A stretch of 64,000 bases of DNA, taken from assembly GCA_963775655.1 (NCBI GenBank), contig CAVZJT010000007.1:734-64733 (forward strand). The letters are read 5' to 3'. A program made the translations under genes and the position numbers. The notes under the pieces are model-generated. The model saw nothing but the letters and a program-made list of their open reading frames with translations, was not told where the DNA came from and made no database searches. This DNA is from an uncultured Actinomycetota bacterium (GTDB lineage: Bacteria; Actinomycetota; Actinomycetes; Mycobacteriales; QHCD01). Shown here in pieces: positions 38,361-48,332 of this stretch (positions are counted from its first letter, which is position 1; each line of letters opens with the position of its first letter).

Positions 38361-38764
38361 GCGGCCTTCTTGGTCTCCCAGAAGATCTCGGCGATCCGGT
38401 CGATCAGGTCGAGCAGCTTCTGGCCGTCCTTCGGGTCGACCGAGCCCTTGCCGCCGGACGCGCCGGCCTGCTTGGTCGCCTCGTTGAACAGCTGGTGCAG
38501 CTCGGGGTGGGCCTTGAAGTGATCCGGCTTGAAGTAGTCGGTCCACAGCACCCACAGGTGGTGCTTGACGAGCTCGGCCCGCTGTTCCTTGATGATCAGC
38601 GCACGGGTCCGGAACGCCGGGTCGTCGTTGCCCTGGTACTTCTCCTGGATCGCCTTGACCGATTCGGCCTCGATCCGGGCCTGCGCCGGGTCGTATACCC
38701 CGCACGGCAGGTCGCAGTGCGCATAGGCGACGGTCGTCGGGGTGAGCAGGTGGAACAACCGCAT
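38357..38764 (-). CDS. sodN: Nickel-containing superoxide dismutase precursor
   Basis: A propeptide (MRLFHLLTPTTVAYA) is followed by the Ni-hook HCDLPCGVYDPA. Confidence 0.95.
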   Translation of the reverse strand: MRLFHLLTPTTVAYAHCDLPCGVYDPAQARIEAESVKAIQEKYQGNDDPAFRTRALIIKEQRAELVKHHLWVLWTDYFKPDHFKAHPELHQLFNEATKQAGASGGKGSVDPKDGQKLLDLIDRIAEIFWETKKAA

Positions 38765-38785
38765 GGATGACCTCCTGGTGGCTTG

Positions 38786-38803
38786 CGATGATCTCTCTCA
38801 TCG
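38786..38803. promoter_or_regulatory. Inverted repeat in the sodN 5' leader / sodN-sodX divergent region (possible operator or RNA hairpin)
   Basis: CGATGA-TCTCTC-TCATCG lies 22 nt upstream of the sodN ATG, just before its AGGAGG RBS. Confidence 0.3.
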
Positions 38804-38848
38804 GACCCTACCCTCGGTCCGAACAGGTATTCAGGCGGGAGGACACGG

Positions 38849-39178
38849 GTGCGCTGGCCCCTGATGACGGTGCTCGTCGCCGGACCGTCGATGGTCCCCA
38901 CCCTGCGGCACGGTGACGCGGTGCTGGTACGCCGCGGTGACGGCGTACGGCCCGGCGATGTCGTCCTCGCGCGGTTTGCGCAACGCCCGGACCGGTTGGT
39001 CGTCAAACGTGCGGTCCGACGGTTCGAGGGCGGCTGGTGGCTGGAGGGGGACAACACCTGGGGGAGCGACGACAGCCGGTCGCTGGGCACCGGCGACGTG
39101 CTGGGCCGGGTGGTGCTGCGCTACGGGCCGCTCCGGCGCGGAGCCTCCCGCAGCGGGCTGCGCCGCAGCGTCTCGTAG
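38849..39178 (+). CDS. sodX: NiSOD maturation protease (S26 signal-peptidase-like)
   Basis: AGPSMVPTLRHGDAVLV...VVKRAV...GDNTWGSDDSR. The gene is divergent from sodN. Its 3' end overlaps the convergent epimerase gene by ~58 nt, so the C-terminus is uncertain. Confidence 0.8.
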   Translation: MRWPLMTVLVAGPSMVPTLRHGDAVLVRRGDGVRPGDVVLARFAQRPDRLVVKRAVRRFEGGWWLEGDNTWGSDDSRSLGTGDVLGRVVLRYGPLRRGASRSGLRRSVS

Positions 39179-39756
39179 AACGCCAGGCACTCGTCGTAGT
39201 GCGGCAGCAGCCCCGCAGACTGTGCCTCGGCCAGCGGGAGCGCGCCGCGGTCGCGATCGGAGAGCACCAGATCGAGGTCCGGGGGGATTCGCAGGCCGAG
39301 CGCCGGATCGAGCGCGCTGACTCCCCGCTCCCGTGCCGGGTCGTATCCCGTCGAGCACAGGTAGCTGATGACCGTGTCGTCCTCGAGCGCGACGACGACG
39401 TGGCCGAGCCCTTCGCCGACGTAGACCGCCGCGAGGTCGACGGTGTCCAGGCGCACGGTGTCGTGCCGGCCGAACGTCGGTGAACCGACCCGGATGTCGA
39501 CCACGATGTCGAGTGCGGCGCCGCGCGGACAGTAGACGTACTTCGCCTGCCCCGGCGGCACCATGGCGTAGTGCACCCCCCGCAGGGTGCCCCGGCGGGA
39601 CACGCTGTGGTTGGTCTGGGCCAGGGCCATCGGATGGCCGACCGCCCGCCCCACCTCGTCGGCGAGGTAGGGGTTCGCGAAGAGTCCGCGGTCGTCGGGA
39701 TGCTGGTCCGGGACGAACTCCCAGGCACCGTCGATCGTCAGCGGTCGGGTCTGCAC
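39121..39756 (-). CDS. dTDP-4-dehydrorhamnose 3,5-epimerase family (cupin) protein
   Basis: RmlC-type stretches are present (FVPDQHPDDRGLF...QTNHSVSRRGTLRGVHY...AKYVYCPRGAALDIVVDIRVGSPTFG). Start GTG 39756 or 39765. Confidence 0.8.
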   Translation of the reverse strand: MQTRPLTIDGAWEFVPDQHPDDRGLFANPYLADEVGRAVGHPMALAQTNHSVSRRGTLRGVHYAMVPPGQAKYVYCPRGAALDIVVDIRVGSPTFGRHDTVRLDTVDLAAVYVGEGLGHVVVALEDDTVISYLCSTGYDPARERGVSALDPALGLRIPPDLDLVLSDRDRGALPLAEAQSAGLLPHYDECLAFYETLRRSPLREAPRRSGP

Positions 39757-39799
39757 AGGCGGCACGCTACCGTGCCGGGCCCGACAATTCGGCGCGGCA

Positions 39800-40627
39800 T
39801 TGGACAAGATGCGTGCGAACCCGCCCCGACTTCGGCACTCTGGTCGCGTGGTGCTTCCGAGCTACGACCGGAACCCGGCCCGCCGGGTCCCGATCATCAC
39901 GTGGGCGCTGATCATTGCGAACATCGTCGTGTTCGTCCTCTCGCCCCTGGCACGGACGCCGTTCACCAGCGAATCCACCAGGCAGTTGTGCGGGCAGGAG
40001 GCGTTCGTCTACCAGTGGGGCGCGGTCCCGTGGGAGTTGACGCGCAACGAGGCGCTGCCCTACACGGTGGGCCCGCCGGCCGGTCGCAACGCCTGCCTGA
40101 CCGTCAAGCCGACGTATCACAAGTACCCGGCGTTGTCGTCGCTGACCGCCCTGTTCCTGCACGCCGGCTGGCTGAACCTGCTCGGCAACATGGTCTTCCT
40201 GTTCCTCTTCGGCGGCACGGTCGAGGATCGCGTGGGGCGGGTGCGCTATCTGCTCTTGTATTTGCTGGCCGGGGTTGTCTCGACCTATATCTTCGCCTTC
40301 ACCCGCGGCGGTTCGACGCTGCCGTTGGTAGGTGCCTCGGGTGCCATCGCCGGTGTGCTGGGTGCCTACCTCGTGAAGTTCCCGCGGGCGAAGGCCGCCG
40401 GCTTGATGGGGTTCCTCTACTTCCTTCCGGCGTGGATCCCGTCGTGGATCCTGCTCGCCGTCTGGTTCGGGCTGCAAGCCGTGTACGCGCAGGGCTGGGG
40501 CATGACCGGCGGCGGCGTCACCGCGATCCTCGTGCCGATCATCGGGTTCGTGTTCGGCATGGTCGCCGCGGCGATCTTCGTGCCCCGCAGGCAGTACGGC
40601 GGCTACCGGCAACGCCGGGCCTACTGA
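39800..40627 (+). CDS. Rhomboid-family intramembrane serine protease
   Basis: The catalytic GASGAIAGVLGAY and LHAGWLNLLGNM motifs sit in TM segments. The start is uncertain (ATG 39800 or later). Confidence 0.8.
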   Translation: MDKMRANPPRLRHSGRVVLPSYDRNPARRVPIITWALIIANIVVFVLSPLARTPFTSESTRQLCGQEAFVYQWGAVPWELTRNEALPYTVGPPAGRNACLTVKPTYHKYPALSSLTALFLHAGWLNLLGNMVFLFLFGGTVEDRVGRVRYLLLYLLAGVVSTYIFAFTRGGSTLPLVGASGAIAGVLGAYLVKFPRAKAAGLMGFLYFLPAWIPSWILLAVWFGLQAVYAQGWGMTGGGVTAILVPIIGFVFGMVAAAIFVPRRQYGGYRQRRAY

Positions 40628-40640
40628 CCGGGGCGGAGGC

Positions 40641-40814
40641 TCAGTCGTCCTCGTCGTCGCGGGCGAGGAACGTCGCCAGCCGGTCGACCGGGATCTCGAA
40701 GTCGGGATTGAGGTCGACGAAGGCGCGCAGCTGCTCGGCCAGCCACTCCAGGCTCACCGTCTCGGCGCCGCGCCGGCTGCTGAGTTCCTCGATCCCGCGG
40801 TCGGTGAAGTACAT
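40641..40814 (-). CDS. DUF6104-like small acidic protein
   Basis: MYFTDRGIEELSSRRGAETVSLEWLAEQLRAFVDLNPDFEIPVDRLATFLARDDEDD (57 aa) is visible only as the tail of ORF 40641-40979. It lies directly downstream of kgd. Confidence 0.6.
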   Translation of the reverse strand: MYFTDRGIEELSSRRGAETVSLEWLAEQLRAFVDLNPDFEIPVDRLATFLARDDEDD

Positions 40815-40822
40815 CGCGGTCG

Positions 40823-43800
40823 CTAATCGGCGAAGGCCTGCGTGATCAGGGCCCGCTGCTCCTGTTCGGCGACCTTGCTGGACCCGGCCGCAGGGCTGGC
40901 CGACGCCCGACGGGAGACCAGCCGGAGCGGCAGGTCGCCGGGGAGTTGCACCGGCAGGTTGAGCGCCATGAACGGCCACGCTCCCTGGTTGGCCGGCTCC
41001 TCCTGCACCCAGATGTAGCTGCGCACGTTGGGGTAGGCGGCCAGGGCGGCGCGCAGCGAATCGGCGGGCAGCGGGTAGAGCTGCTCGAGCCGGACGATGG
41101 CGGCGTCGTTCACGCCGTTTTCCTCGCGGTGGGCGGCCAGGTCGTAGTAGATCTTGCCGGAGCAGAGCACGACCTTGGTGACCTTGTCGGGATCGGGCGG
41201 CTGTTCGCCGACGCCCGGGTCGCTCAGCACCGGTGAGAAGGCGCCGGAGGTGAAGTCGTCGATGTCGGAGGTGGCCGCCTTGCGGCGCAGCAGGGACTTC
41301 GGCGTGAAGGCGATCAACGGCCGGTAGTTGTAGCGCAGTGCCTGCCGCCGCAGCAGGTGGAAGTAGTTAGCCGGCGTGGTGCAGTTGGCCACCGTCATGT
41401 TGTCCTCGGCGCACAGGGTGAGGAACCGCTCGATGCGCGCACTGGAGTGGTCCGGGCCCTGGCCCTCGTAGCCGTGCGGCAGCAGCAGGACGACGCCGGA
41501 CTGCTGTCCCCACTTCGCCTCGCCGGCCGAGACGAACTCGTCGACGATCGACTGGGCGCCACCGGCGAAGTCGCCGAACTGCGCCTCCCAGCACACCAGC
41601 GCCCGGCGGTTGGCCACCGAATAGCCGTATTCGAAGCCCATCGCCGCGAACTCGCTCAGCAGCGAGTCGTAGATCCAGAACCGGGACTGTTCCGGGTCGA
41701 GGTTTTTCAGCGGGGTGTATTCCTCGCCGGTCTTGCGGTCGACCAGGACGGCGTGGCGCTGGACGAAGGTGCCGCGCCGGCTGTCCTGGCCCGCCAGGCG
41801 GACCGGAACGCCCTGCAGGAGCAGCGAGCCGAAGGCGAGCAACTCGCCCATCGCCCAGTCGATCCCGCCCTCGCTGGTCATCGCGGCGCGCCGGTCGAGC
41901 AGCCGCTTCAGCCGGGGATGGACGGTGAAGCTCTCCGGCAGGCTGACGAACGAGTCACCGATCCGCTTGATGACCTCGTGCGTCACGCCGGTGGGCACCC
42001 CCTCGAACGGGGTGCCGGCCATCACCGGCTCGGGGGTGGACTGACCGGACGCGTCGCGCGTCTCGACGAAGACCTTCTCCAGCTGGTCGTGGTAGTCCTT
42101 GAGGGCCTCCTCGGCCTCGGCGATCGTGATGTCGCCGCGCCCGATCAGCGCCTCGGTGTAGAGCTTCCGGACCGACCGCTTGGCGTCGATGATGTCGTAC
42201 ATCAACGGCTGGGTCATCGACGGGTCGTCGCCCTCGTTGTGGCCGCGCCGGCGGTAGCAGACCATGTCGATGACGACGTCCTTCTTGAACGTCTGCCGGA
42301 AGTCGAAGGCCAGCTTGGCGACGCGGACGCACGCCTCGGGGTCGTCGCCGTTCACGTGGAAGATCGGCGCCTGGATCATCCGGGCCACGTCGGTGCTGTA
42401 GAGGCTGGACCGGGCCGCGGCCGGGCTGGTCGTGAAACCGACCTGGTTGTTGATCACCAGGTGAACCGTGCCGCCGGTGCGGTAGCCACGCAGCTGGGAG
42501 AGGTTGAGCGTCTCGGCGACCACACCCTGCCCGGCGAACGCCGCGTCGCCGTGGACCAGCAGCGGCAGGACGGTGAACCCGCCTTCGCCCTTGTCCAGGG
42601 CGTCCTGCTTGGCCCGCACGATGCCTTCGAGCACCGGGTCGACGGCCTCGAGGTGGCTCGGGTTGGAGGTGAGCGTGACCGGGATCTGTTCACCCGCCGG
42701 GCCGTTGAAGACGCCGTCGGCACCGAGGTGGTACTTCACGTCGCCCGACCCGTGCGTGCTGCCCGGGTCGATGTTGCCTTCGAACTCGCGGAAGATCTGC
42801 TGGTAGCTCTTGCCGATGATGTTGGCGAGGACGTTGAGTCGACCGCGGTGGGCCATGCCGATCACGGTCTCGTCGAGGCCGGCGCGGGCCGCCTTGGTCA
42901 GCACGGCGTCCAGGCCGGCGATCATCGACTCGGCGCCCTCGAGGGAGAACCGGCGCTGTCCGACGTACTTGGTCTGCAGGAACGTCTCGAAGGCTTCGGC
43001 GACGTTGAGCCGGCCCAGGATGTGCTTTTGTTCGTCCCGGTCGACCGGCTCATTGGTGACCTCGATGCGCTTCTGCAGCCAGGCACGCTCCTCGGGGTCG
43101 GTGATGTGCATGTATTCGATGCCGACCCGGCGGCAGTAGGAGTCGCGCAGCACGCCGAGCACGTCGCGCAGCTTCATCACCCGCTCGCCGGCGAACCCGC
43201 CGACCGGGAAGGTGCGGTCGAGATCCCACAGCGTCAGCCCGTGCTTGAGGACGTCGAGGTCGGGGTGGGTGCGGAGGGTGAACTCCAGCGGATCGGTGTC
43301 GGCCATGAGGTGGCCGCTGGTGCGGTAGGCATTGATCAGCTCGATCACGCGGGCCGACTTGTCGATCTGGCCCTCGTGGGTGGTGGTGATGTCCTGCACC
43401 CAGCGCACCGGCTCGTAGGGGATGTGCAGCGACCGGAAGATGTCGTCGTAGAAGCCGTCCGCCCCGAGCAGGAGTTCGTGCATGCGACGGAGGAACTCCC
43501 CGGACTGCGCGCCCTGGATGATCCGATGGTCGTACGTCGAGGTCAGCGTGATGATCTTGCTGACGGCCATGTCCGCCAGGGCCTCTTCGCTCATGCCCTG
43601 GAATTCGGCCGGGTATTCCATCGCACCGACGCCGACGATGGCGCCCATCCCGGTCATCAGGCGGGGCATGGAGTGCACGGTGCCGATGCCGCCGGGGTTG
43701 GTCAGGCTGATCGTGACGTCGGTGAAGTCCTCGGTGGTCAGCTTGTTCTGCCGGGCCCGGCGGATGATCTCCTCGTACGCCGACCAGAACTGCGAGAAGT

Positions 43801-44638
43801 CCATCCGCTCGCACCGCTTGATGGCGGCCACGACCAGTGATCGCCCGCCATCCTTCTTCGGCAGGTCGATCGCCAGCCCGAGGTTGATGTGTTCGGGGGT
43901 CGTCACCCCCGGCTTGCCATCGACCTCGGTGAAGGCGCGGTTCATCACCGGGACGTCGGCGAGCGCCTTCACCAGCGCGTAGCCGATCAGGTGGGTGAAC
44001 GAGACCTTCCCGCCGCGGCTGCGCCGCAGGTGGTTGGTGATCACGATCCGGTTGTCGGCGAGCAACTTTGCCGGGACGGCCCGCACGCTCGTCGCGGTGG
44101 GGACCTGCAGCGAGGCGTCCATGTTGGAGACGACCCGCGCAGCGGCCCCGCGCAGGACCTGGGCGCCCGGCTCGGCCGTCGCCGGACCGGCGCCGGACGC
44201 CGCGGCCGGTGCCGGCTCCGTCTTGGCGGCCGGAGGCCGGTTCGTCGGTCGTGGATCCGGCTTGGGCTCGTGGGTCTTCGGGGTCAGGGTCTTGGCGGCC
44301 TGGCTCTGCGGGCTTGGGGTGTTCGGAGACTGGGTCTTCGGGACCTGCGTCGCCTGCGCCTGCGCCTTCGGCGCCTGGGTCTTCGGCGCCTCCTGGGTGT
44401 TGGGAGCCGGCTTGGGAGGGGCGGCCACCGAGGTCGATCCCGCGACCCGCTGCTCGGCGCGCTGACCGTTGCCACTCGGTGTGTAGTCGCGGAAGAAGTC
44501 GTGCCATGCCGTCCCGACACTGCCCGGATCGGCGAGGTAGCGCTCGTACATCTCTTCGACGAGCCATTCGTTGGTGCCAAACTCGGGCCCGAAACCCGGC
44601 TTGTGCGCCTGATCCGACACGGTCGCGGGTCGCCTCAT
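40823..44638 (-). CDS. kgd: Multifunctional 2-oxoglutarate metabolism enzyme (2-oxoglutarate decarboxylase/dehydrogenase E1 with E2-like acyltransferase domain)
   Basis: [19 protein letters not shown] is followed by a Pro/Gln/Lys/Thr linker, then an E2-like domain ending in [15 protein letters not shown], then a ThDP-dependent E1 part ([21 protein letters not shown]). Start options are ATG 44638, GTG 44620 and ATG 44686. The 1550-aa ORF upstream of these is read-through. Confidence 0.9.
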   Translation of the reverse strand: MRRPATVSDQAHKPGFGPEFGTNEWLVEEMYERYLADPGSVGTAWHDFFRDYTPSGNGQRAEQRVAGSTSVAAPPKPAPNTQEAPKTQAPKAQAQATQVPKTQSPNTPSPQSQAAKTLTPKTHEPKPDPRPTNRPPAAKTEPAPAAASGAGPATAEPGAQVLRGAAARVVSNMDASLQVPTATSVRAVPAKLLADNRIVITNHLRRSRGGKVSFTHLIGYALVKALADVPVMNRAFTEVDGKPGVTTPEHINLGLAIDLPKKDGGRSLVVAAIKRCERMDFSQFWSAYEEIIRRARQNKLTTEDFTDVTISLTNPGGIGTVHSMPRLMTGMGAIVGVGAMEYPAEFQGMSEEALADMAVSKIITLTSTYDHRIIQGAQSGEFLRRMHELLLGADGFYDDIFRSLHIPYEPVRWVQDITTTHEGQIDKSARVIELINAYRTSGHLMADTDPLEFTLRTHPDLDVLKHGLTLWDLDRTFPVGGFAGERVMKLRDVLGVLRDSYCRRVGIEYMHITDPEERAWLQKRIEVTNEPVDRDEQKHILGRLNVAEAFETFLQTKYVGQRRFSLEGAESMIAGLDAVLTKAARAGLDETVIGMAHRGRLNVLANIIGKSYQQIFREFEGNIDPGSTHGSGDVKYHLGADGVFNGPAGEQIPVTLTSNPSHLEAVDPVLEGIVRAKQDALDKGEGGFTVLPLLVHGDAAFAGQGVVAETLNLSQLRGYRTGGTVHLVINNQVGFTTSPAAARSSLYSTDVARMIQAPIFHVNGDDPEACVRVAKLAFDFRQTFKKDVVIDMVCYRRRGHNEGDDPSMTQPLMYDIIDAKRSVRKLYTEALIGRGDITIAEAEEALKDYHDQLEKVFVETRDASGQSTPEPVMAGTPFEGVPTGVTHEVIKRIGDSFVSLPESFTVHPRLKRLLDRRAAMTSEGGIDWAMGELLAFGSLLLQGVPVRLAGQDSRRGTFVQRHAVLVDRKTGEEYTPLKNLDPEQSRFWIYDSLLSEFAAMGFEYGYSVANRRALVCWEAQFGDFAGGAQSIVDEFVSAGEAKWGQQSGVVLLLPHGYEGQGPDHSSARIERFLTLCAEDNMTVANCTTPANYFHLLRRQALRYNYRPLIAFTPKSLLRRKAATSDIDDFTSGAFSPVLSDPGVGEQPPDPDKVTKVVLCSGKIYYDLAAHREENGVNDAAIVRLEQLYPLPADSLRAALAAYPNVRSYIWVQEEPANQGAWPFMALNLPVQLPGDLPLRLVSRRASASPAAGSSKVAEQEQRALITQAFAD

Positions 44639-44766
44639 TTCGCGGTCACCGGTGACTTCTGCAACTGTCGAGGTTACGCGTTCCATCCGCGCGCCGTCAT
44701 CAGCCTCCGGTCTCCGAGCCCCCATCGTGTCGCTCCGGGGTCGGCGCCGGTCGCTCTCTCCGCCGA

Positions 44767-45528
44767 TCAGGTGACGTCGCGACGGACAGTGATCAGGGCG
44801 CCGAGGAGCGCGAAGACCAGGCCATAGGCGACCAGGACCAGACCGGCCGGGGCGCGGGACAGGTGATCGGCGACGGCACTGTTGTTGCCCAGATTGCCGC
44901 CGGTGAGCGCCGATGCCGCGGCACCGGGCAGGTAGCGGTAGACGCTGTGGATCCCGGAGATGCTGCTGAGGATCGGCTCGGCGATGAAGAGGTAGACCAC
45001 GAGGCCCACGATGGCGGCGATCTGGTTGCGCAGGAGGGCGCCGAGACCGACGCCCACGATGCCGAAGATGGCGACGACGACCACGGCACCGATCAGGCTC
45101 GCCGTGACGCCGGGGGCTCCGAGCGACACGTCGGTGAAACCGCGGTGCGACAGCCAGGGGACCGCGATCACCATCGTCACGACGACATTGAGGATGCCGA
45201 GGACGGCGCCCCACACCAGGTAGGTGATGAGCTTCGCGGCGACCACGACGTGGCGCACCGGGACCGACAGGAACGTCGGGGTGGCGGTCTGGTGCCGGTA
45301 TTCGCCGGTGATCCCGATGACGCCGAGCACGGCGGAGAAGACGTAGCCGAAGCCCGCCGCGATCGACGCGATGCCCTTGAGCGCTCCCGGTCCGGTCTGG
45401 TCGGTCGTCTTGAGGTTGATGCAGACCAGGACCGTGATCAGCGCGGCGAGCAGCACCGACAAAACGGTGAGCCACAGTCCGGTACGGGTCGTGAACAGCT
45501 TGCGGAACTCGGCGGCGAGGGCGCGCAT
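44767..45528 (-). CDS. ABC-2 type transporter permease
   Basis: Intact 253-aa ORF with six hydrophobic segments. Its ATG overlaps the ATPase stop (ATGA at 45526-45530). Confidence 0.8.
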   Translation of the reverse strand: MRALAAEFRKLFTTRTGLWLTVLSVLLAALITVLVCINLKTTDQTGPGALKGIASIAAGFGYVFSAVLGVIGITGEYRHQTATPTFLSVPVRHVVVAAKLITYLVWGAVLGILNVVVTMVIAVPWLSHRGFTDVSLGAPGVTASLIGAVVVVAIFGIVGVGLGALLRNQIAAIVGLVVYLFIAEPILSSISGIHSVYRYLPGAAASALTGGNLGNNSAVADHLSRAPAGLVLVAYGLVFALLGALITVRRDVT

Positions 45529-46553
45529 CAGCCGTTCCCTCCCTGCTGGCCGTAGGTGGAGGCGGGGACGGTGTCGCCGCCCGCGGCGGGCGGGCTGCCG
45601 GGCGGAGCGCCGGCTTCGCCCGCGCCTGCGGTCAGCTGGAAGAAGATCTGTTCGAGGTCGGATCGTTCGGTGTGCAGCTCGTGCAGCTCCACCCCGGTCG
45701 TAAAGGCGCGGTGACCCACGGCGGCGGCGTCGAGGCCGCTCACCCGGATCGTGCCCGGCTCCACATTCACCACCTGAGCGTTGTCGGCGAGCACCTTCGC
45801 GAGCACCTCGACCTGGGGGCTGCGGACGAGCACCGACTCGCCGACCCCGGCCGACAGCTCGGTGATCGTGCCCTGCTTCACCAGCTGCCCGCGGGAGAGG
45901 ATGACGACCCGATCGACCGTCTGCTCGACCTCCGACAGGAGGTGGCTCGAGACGAGGACGGTGCGCCCCTGGGTCGCGAGGTGGCGGAGGAAGCGGCGCA
46001 GCCAGGTGATCCCCTCCGGGTCGAGGCCGTTCGCCGGCTCGTCCAGGATCAGGACACCGGGGTCGCCGATCATGGCGAAGGCGAGCCCGAGTCGCTGCCG
46101 CATGCCGAGCGAATAGCCCTTGACCCGCCGCCGCGCCGAGTCGGTGAGGCCGACCAGGTCGAGTGTCTCGTCGGCCCGGGAGGCCGGCAGACCGGCGGCG
46201 GTGCAGTAGACCCGCAGGTGGTCGCGCGCGGTCCGGCCGGGATGGAAGCTGGCCGCCTCGAGCACCGCGCCGACCGTCCGCAGCGGGTCGCGCAGTTGGA
46301 CGTAGCGCTGGCCGCCGATCGTGGCCGCGCCGTCCGTGGGGGTCACGAGGCCGAGCAGCATGCGCAGGGTCGTGGTTTTGCCCGCACCGTTCGGCCCGAG
46401 GAACCCGGTGACCGAGCCGGGCTCGACGGTGAAGCTGAGGTTGTCGACCGCGCGGATCTGGCCGAATGTCTTCGTCAGCCCGGATACGACGATCCGGCCG
46501 GCGTCCTGGTCCACCCCGAAGTCCCCTCCCCTGATGACACCGTGAGGGGTCAT
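45528..46553 (-). CDS. ABC transporter ATP-binding protein
   Basis: Walker [10 protein letters not shown], signature YSLGMRQR, Walker [12 protein letters not shown]. It carries a Gly/Pro-rich C-terminal tail. Confidence 0.9.
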   Translation of the reverse strand: MTPHGVIRGGDFGVDQDAGRIVVSGLTKTFGQIRAVDNLSFTVEPGSVTGFLGPNGAGKTTTLRMLLGLVTPTDGAATIGGQRYVQLRDPLRTVGAVLEAASFHPGRTARDHLRVYCTAAGLPASRADETLDLVGLTDSARRRVKGYSLGMRQRLGLAFAMIGDPGVLILDEPANGLDPEGITWLRRFLRHLATQGRTVLVSSHLLSEVEQTVDRVVILSRGQLVKQGTITELSAGVGESVLVRSPQVEVLAKVLADNAQVVNVEPGTIRVSGLDAAAVGHRAFTTGVELHELHTERSDLEQIFFQLTAGAGEAGAPPGSPPAAGGDTVPASTYGQQGGNG

Positions 46554-46609
46554 CCTGTCAGAAACCGGGCCCCGACCGGCGATCGGGTCGTCCCGCTCTC
46601 AGCGGGCTC

Positions 46610-48184
46610 TCAGCGGACGGCCGCGCCGAGGTCGGCGAGCATGCGCTGCGCCGCGTTGTGCCCCGCGCAGCCGATCACCGAGCCTGCGGGGTGGCATCCG
46701 GCGGCGCCGGCGTAGACGCCGGACAACCCCGTGTCGTAGGGCATCCGGTCGACGAAGGAGATCGCGTTGTCGACGTGGAAGATGTTGCCGCCGGTGATCC
46801 CGAACCGGGCGGTGATCTCGGGCGGCGTCAGGGCGTCGATGTCGACCACGCTCGCGCGGGTCCCCGGGGCGTAGGCCTCGACCAGGTCGAGCAGCCGGTC
46901 GACGTACGCCGCCTTCTCCGCCGGCCAGGACGAGCCGGCCGGCTCGTGCGGCACGCCCTGGACGAACAGGGCGCTGGAGTGCCGGCCCTCGTCGTCGCGC
47001 AGCGACGGATCGAGGGTGGAGTGCAGGTACCACTCCACCGGGGGCGTCGCCGGGAGCCGCCCGCCGGTGCCGTCGGCGAAGGCCGCGCGCACCGCGTCGA
47101 GCATGTCCGCGTCCGGGACCGGGGGGAGCAGGTGCACCGTGGTCCCGTGCTGGCCGCGGTCCTCGGGCAACGCGGCGAACCGCGGCAGGCCGGCCAGGGC
47201 CAGGTTGACCTTCATCGTCTGTCCGCCGGAACGGGCCGCCAGGTCGGCCACCCGTCCGGTGAGCGCGGGCGGGGCGTGGCCGTCGAGCAGATCGGGCAGC
47301 CGGAACGGGTCGGTGGCGACCAGCACGGCGCGCGCCGGGACGTCGTCGCCGTCGACGAGGGACACCCCCGACGCCGCACCCCGGTCGACGAGGATCCGCT
47401 CCACCGCCGCCCCGGTGCGGATCCGCGCCCCGGCGGCCATCGCCCGCTCGGCGAGCGTCCGGGTGACCGTCCCCATCCCGCCCCGGACCACCATCCAGGT
47501 GCCCCCCGCGCCCGGCAACCGGCACATGTTGTGCACCAGCAGGTTGTGCCCCGACCCGGGTGACCAGGGCGAGCCGGTCAGCCCGGGCATGCCGTCGGTG
47601 ACGGCGTACATCGCCAGCACGGTCTGGGAGGCGAACCCGAACCGGGAGAGGTAGTCGACGGCACTGCCGCGGACCAGGTTGACGAAGGTGTCGCGCAGGC
47701 CCGGCCGGACGTAGCGCTCCGCCGTCTCCTCGACGGTCAGGGGCGGAGCGAGCCAGGCGGGCGCGACGTCCGCGGCCAGCGCGGTGATCTCAGCAGCAAG
47801 GGCGTCGTCGGCGCGGGCGTCGGCCTCGGTGAAGAAGTCGGTGAACTGGCGACGGCTCGCCGCGCGGTCGGCGCCGAGCAGGAGTGACCGGCCGTCGAGC
47901 GTCGGCATGAAGTAGTGCGGGTCGCGACGGACGAGCGGCAGGTCGAGGTCGAGGAGAGTGAGCAACTCCGGGGGCATCAGCCCGAGCAGGTAGGCGCCGG
48001 TCGAGGCCGCCAGGCCGGGGGCCCGGGCGAACGGGTGTTCGGTCCGGCACGCGCCGCCGATGACGTCGGCGCGCTCGAGCACCTCGACGGTCAGCCCGGC
48101 GCGGGCCAGCAGGGTCGCGGCGACGAGGCCGTTGTGTCCGGCGCCGACGACCACGACGTCGACACCGGTGGGGTGCTCGGGCAT
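46610..48184 (-). CDS. Phytoene-desaturase-family NAD(P)/FAD-dependent oxidoreductase
   Basis: N-terminal dinucleotide fold DVVVVGAGHNGLVAATLLARAG in an intact 524-aa ORF. Confidence 0.75.
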   Translation of the reverse strand: MPEHPTGVDVVVVGAGHNGLVAATLLARAGLTVEVLERADVIGGACRTEHPFARAPGLAASTGAYLLGLMPPELLTLLDLDLPLVRRDPHYFMPTLDGRSLLLGADRAASRRQFTDFFTEADARADDALAAEITALAADVAPAWLAPPLTVEETAERYVRPGLRDTFVNLVRGSAVDYLSRFGFASQTVLAMYAVTDGMPGLTGSPWSPGSGHNLLVHNMCRLPGAGGTWMVVRGGMGTVTRTLAERAMAAGARIRTGAAVERILVDRGAASGVSLVDGDDVPARAVLVATDPFRLPDLLDGHAPPALTGRVADLAARSGGQTMKVNLALAGLPRFAALPEDRGQHGTTVHLLPPVPDADMLDAVRAAFADGTGGRLPATPPVEWYLHSTLDPSLRDDEGRHSSALFVQGVPHEPAGSSWPAEKAAYVDRLLDLVEAYAPGTRASVVDIDALTPPEITARFGITGGNIFHVDNAISFVDRMPYDTGLSGVYAGAAGCHPAGSVIGCAGHNAAQRMLADLGAAVR

Positions 48185-48332
48185 GTGCTCTGCCTACCAC
48201 GTCCCGGAGTCCTCCGATGGCTCCACGGATTGCCCTCCGGTCTCTTGACACGCGGGGAGCGCTCTGCTCAGCTGGGCCGTCGAAACATCGGGTGTCTGAT
48301 CCCGCCGGACGAGTCGAGGAGAACGGGCCGAC

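Noticed and set aside
38849-39178. A 58-nt overlap of the convergent 3' ends of sodX and the epimerase gene. Similarly, 574-596 overlaps between gene 1 and the NmrA-like gene.
   Set aside because: The most likely explanation is uncertainty in the true C-termini (a low-complexity Arg-rich tail in sodX; a frameshifted gene 1), not functional antisense overlap.
44645-44656. A perfect 12-bp palindrome, GTCACCGGTGAC, lies just upstream of the preferred kgd start.
   Set aside because: It is a single occurrence. It lies inside the coding sequence if the ATG 44686 start is used, and no second half-site or known operator matches. Chance palindromes of this size are not rare in GC-rich DNA.
44639-45475. 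The 1550-aa ORF 40823-45475 extends ~280 codons upstream of the kgd start.
   Set aside because: The extension is Arg/Pro/Gly-rich and non-protein-like. It overlaps the well-supported ABC-2 permease gene (44767-45528) on the same strand in another frame. Kgd homology begins at [12 protein letters not shown], just after ATG 44638.
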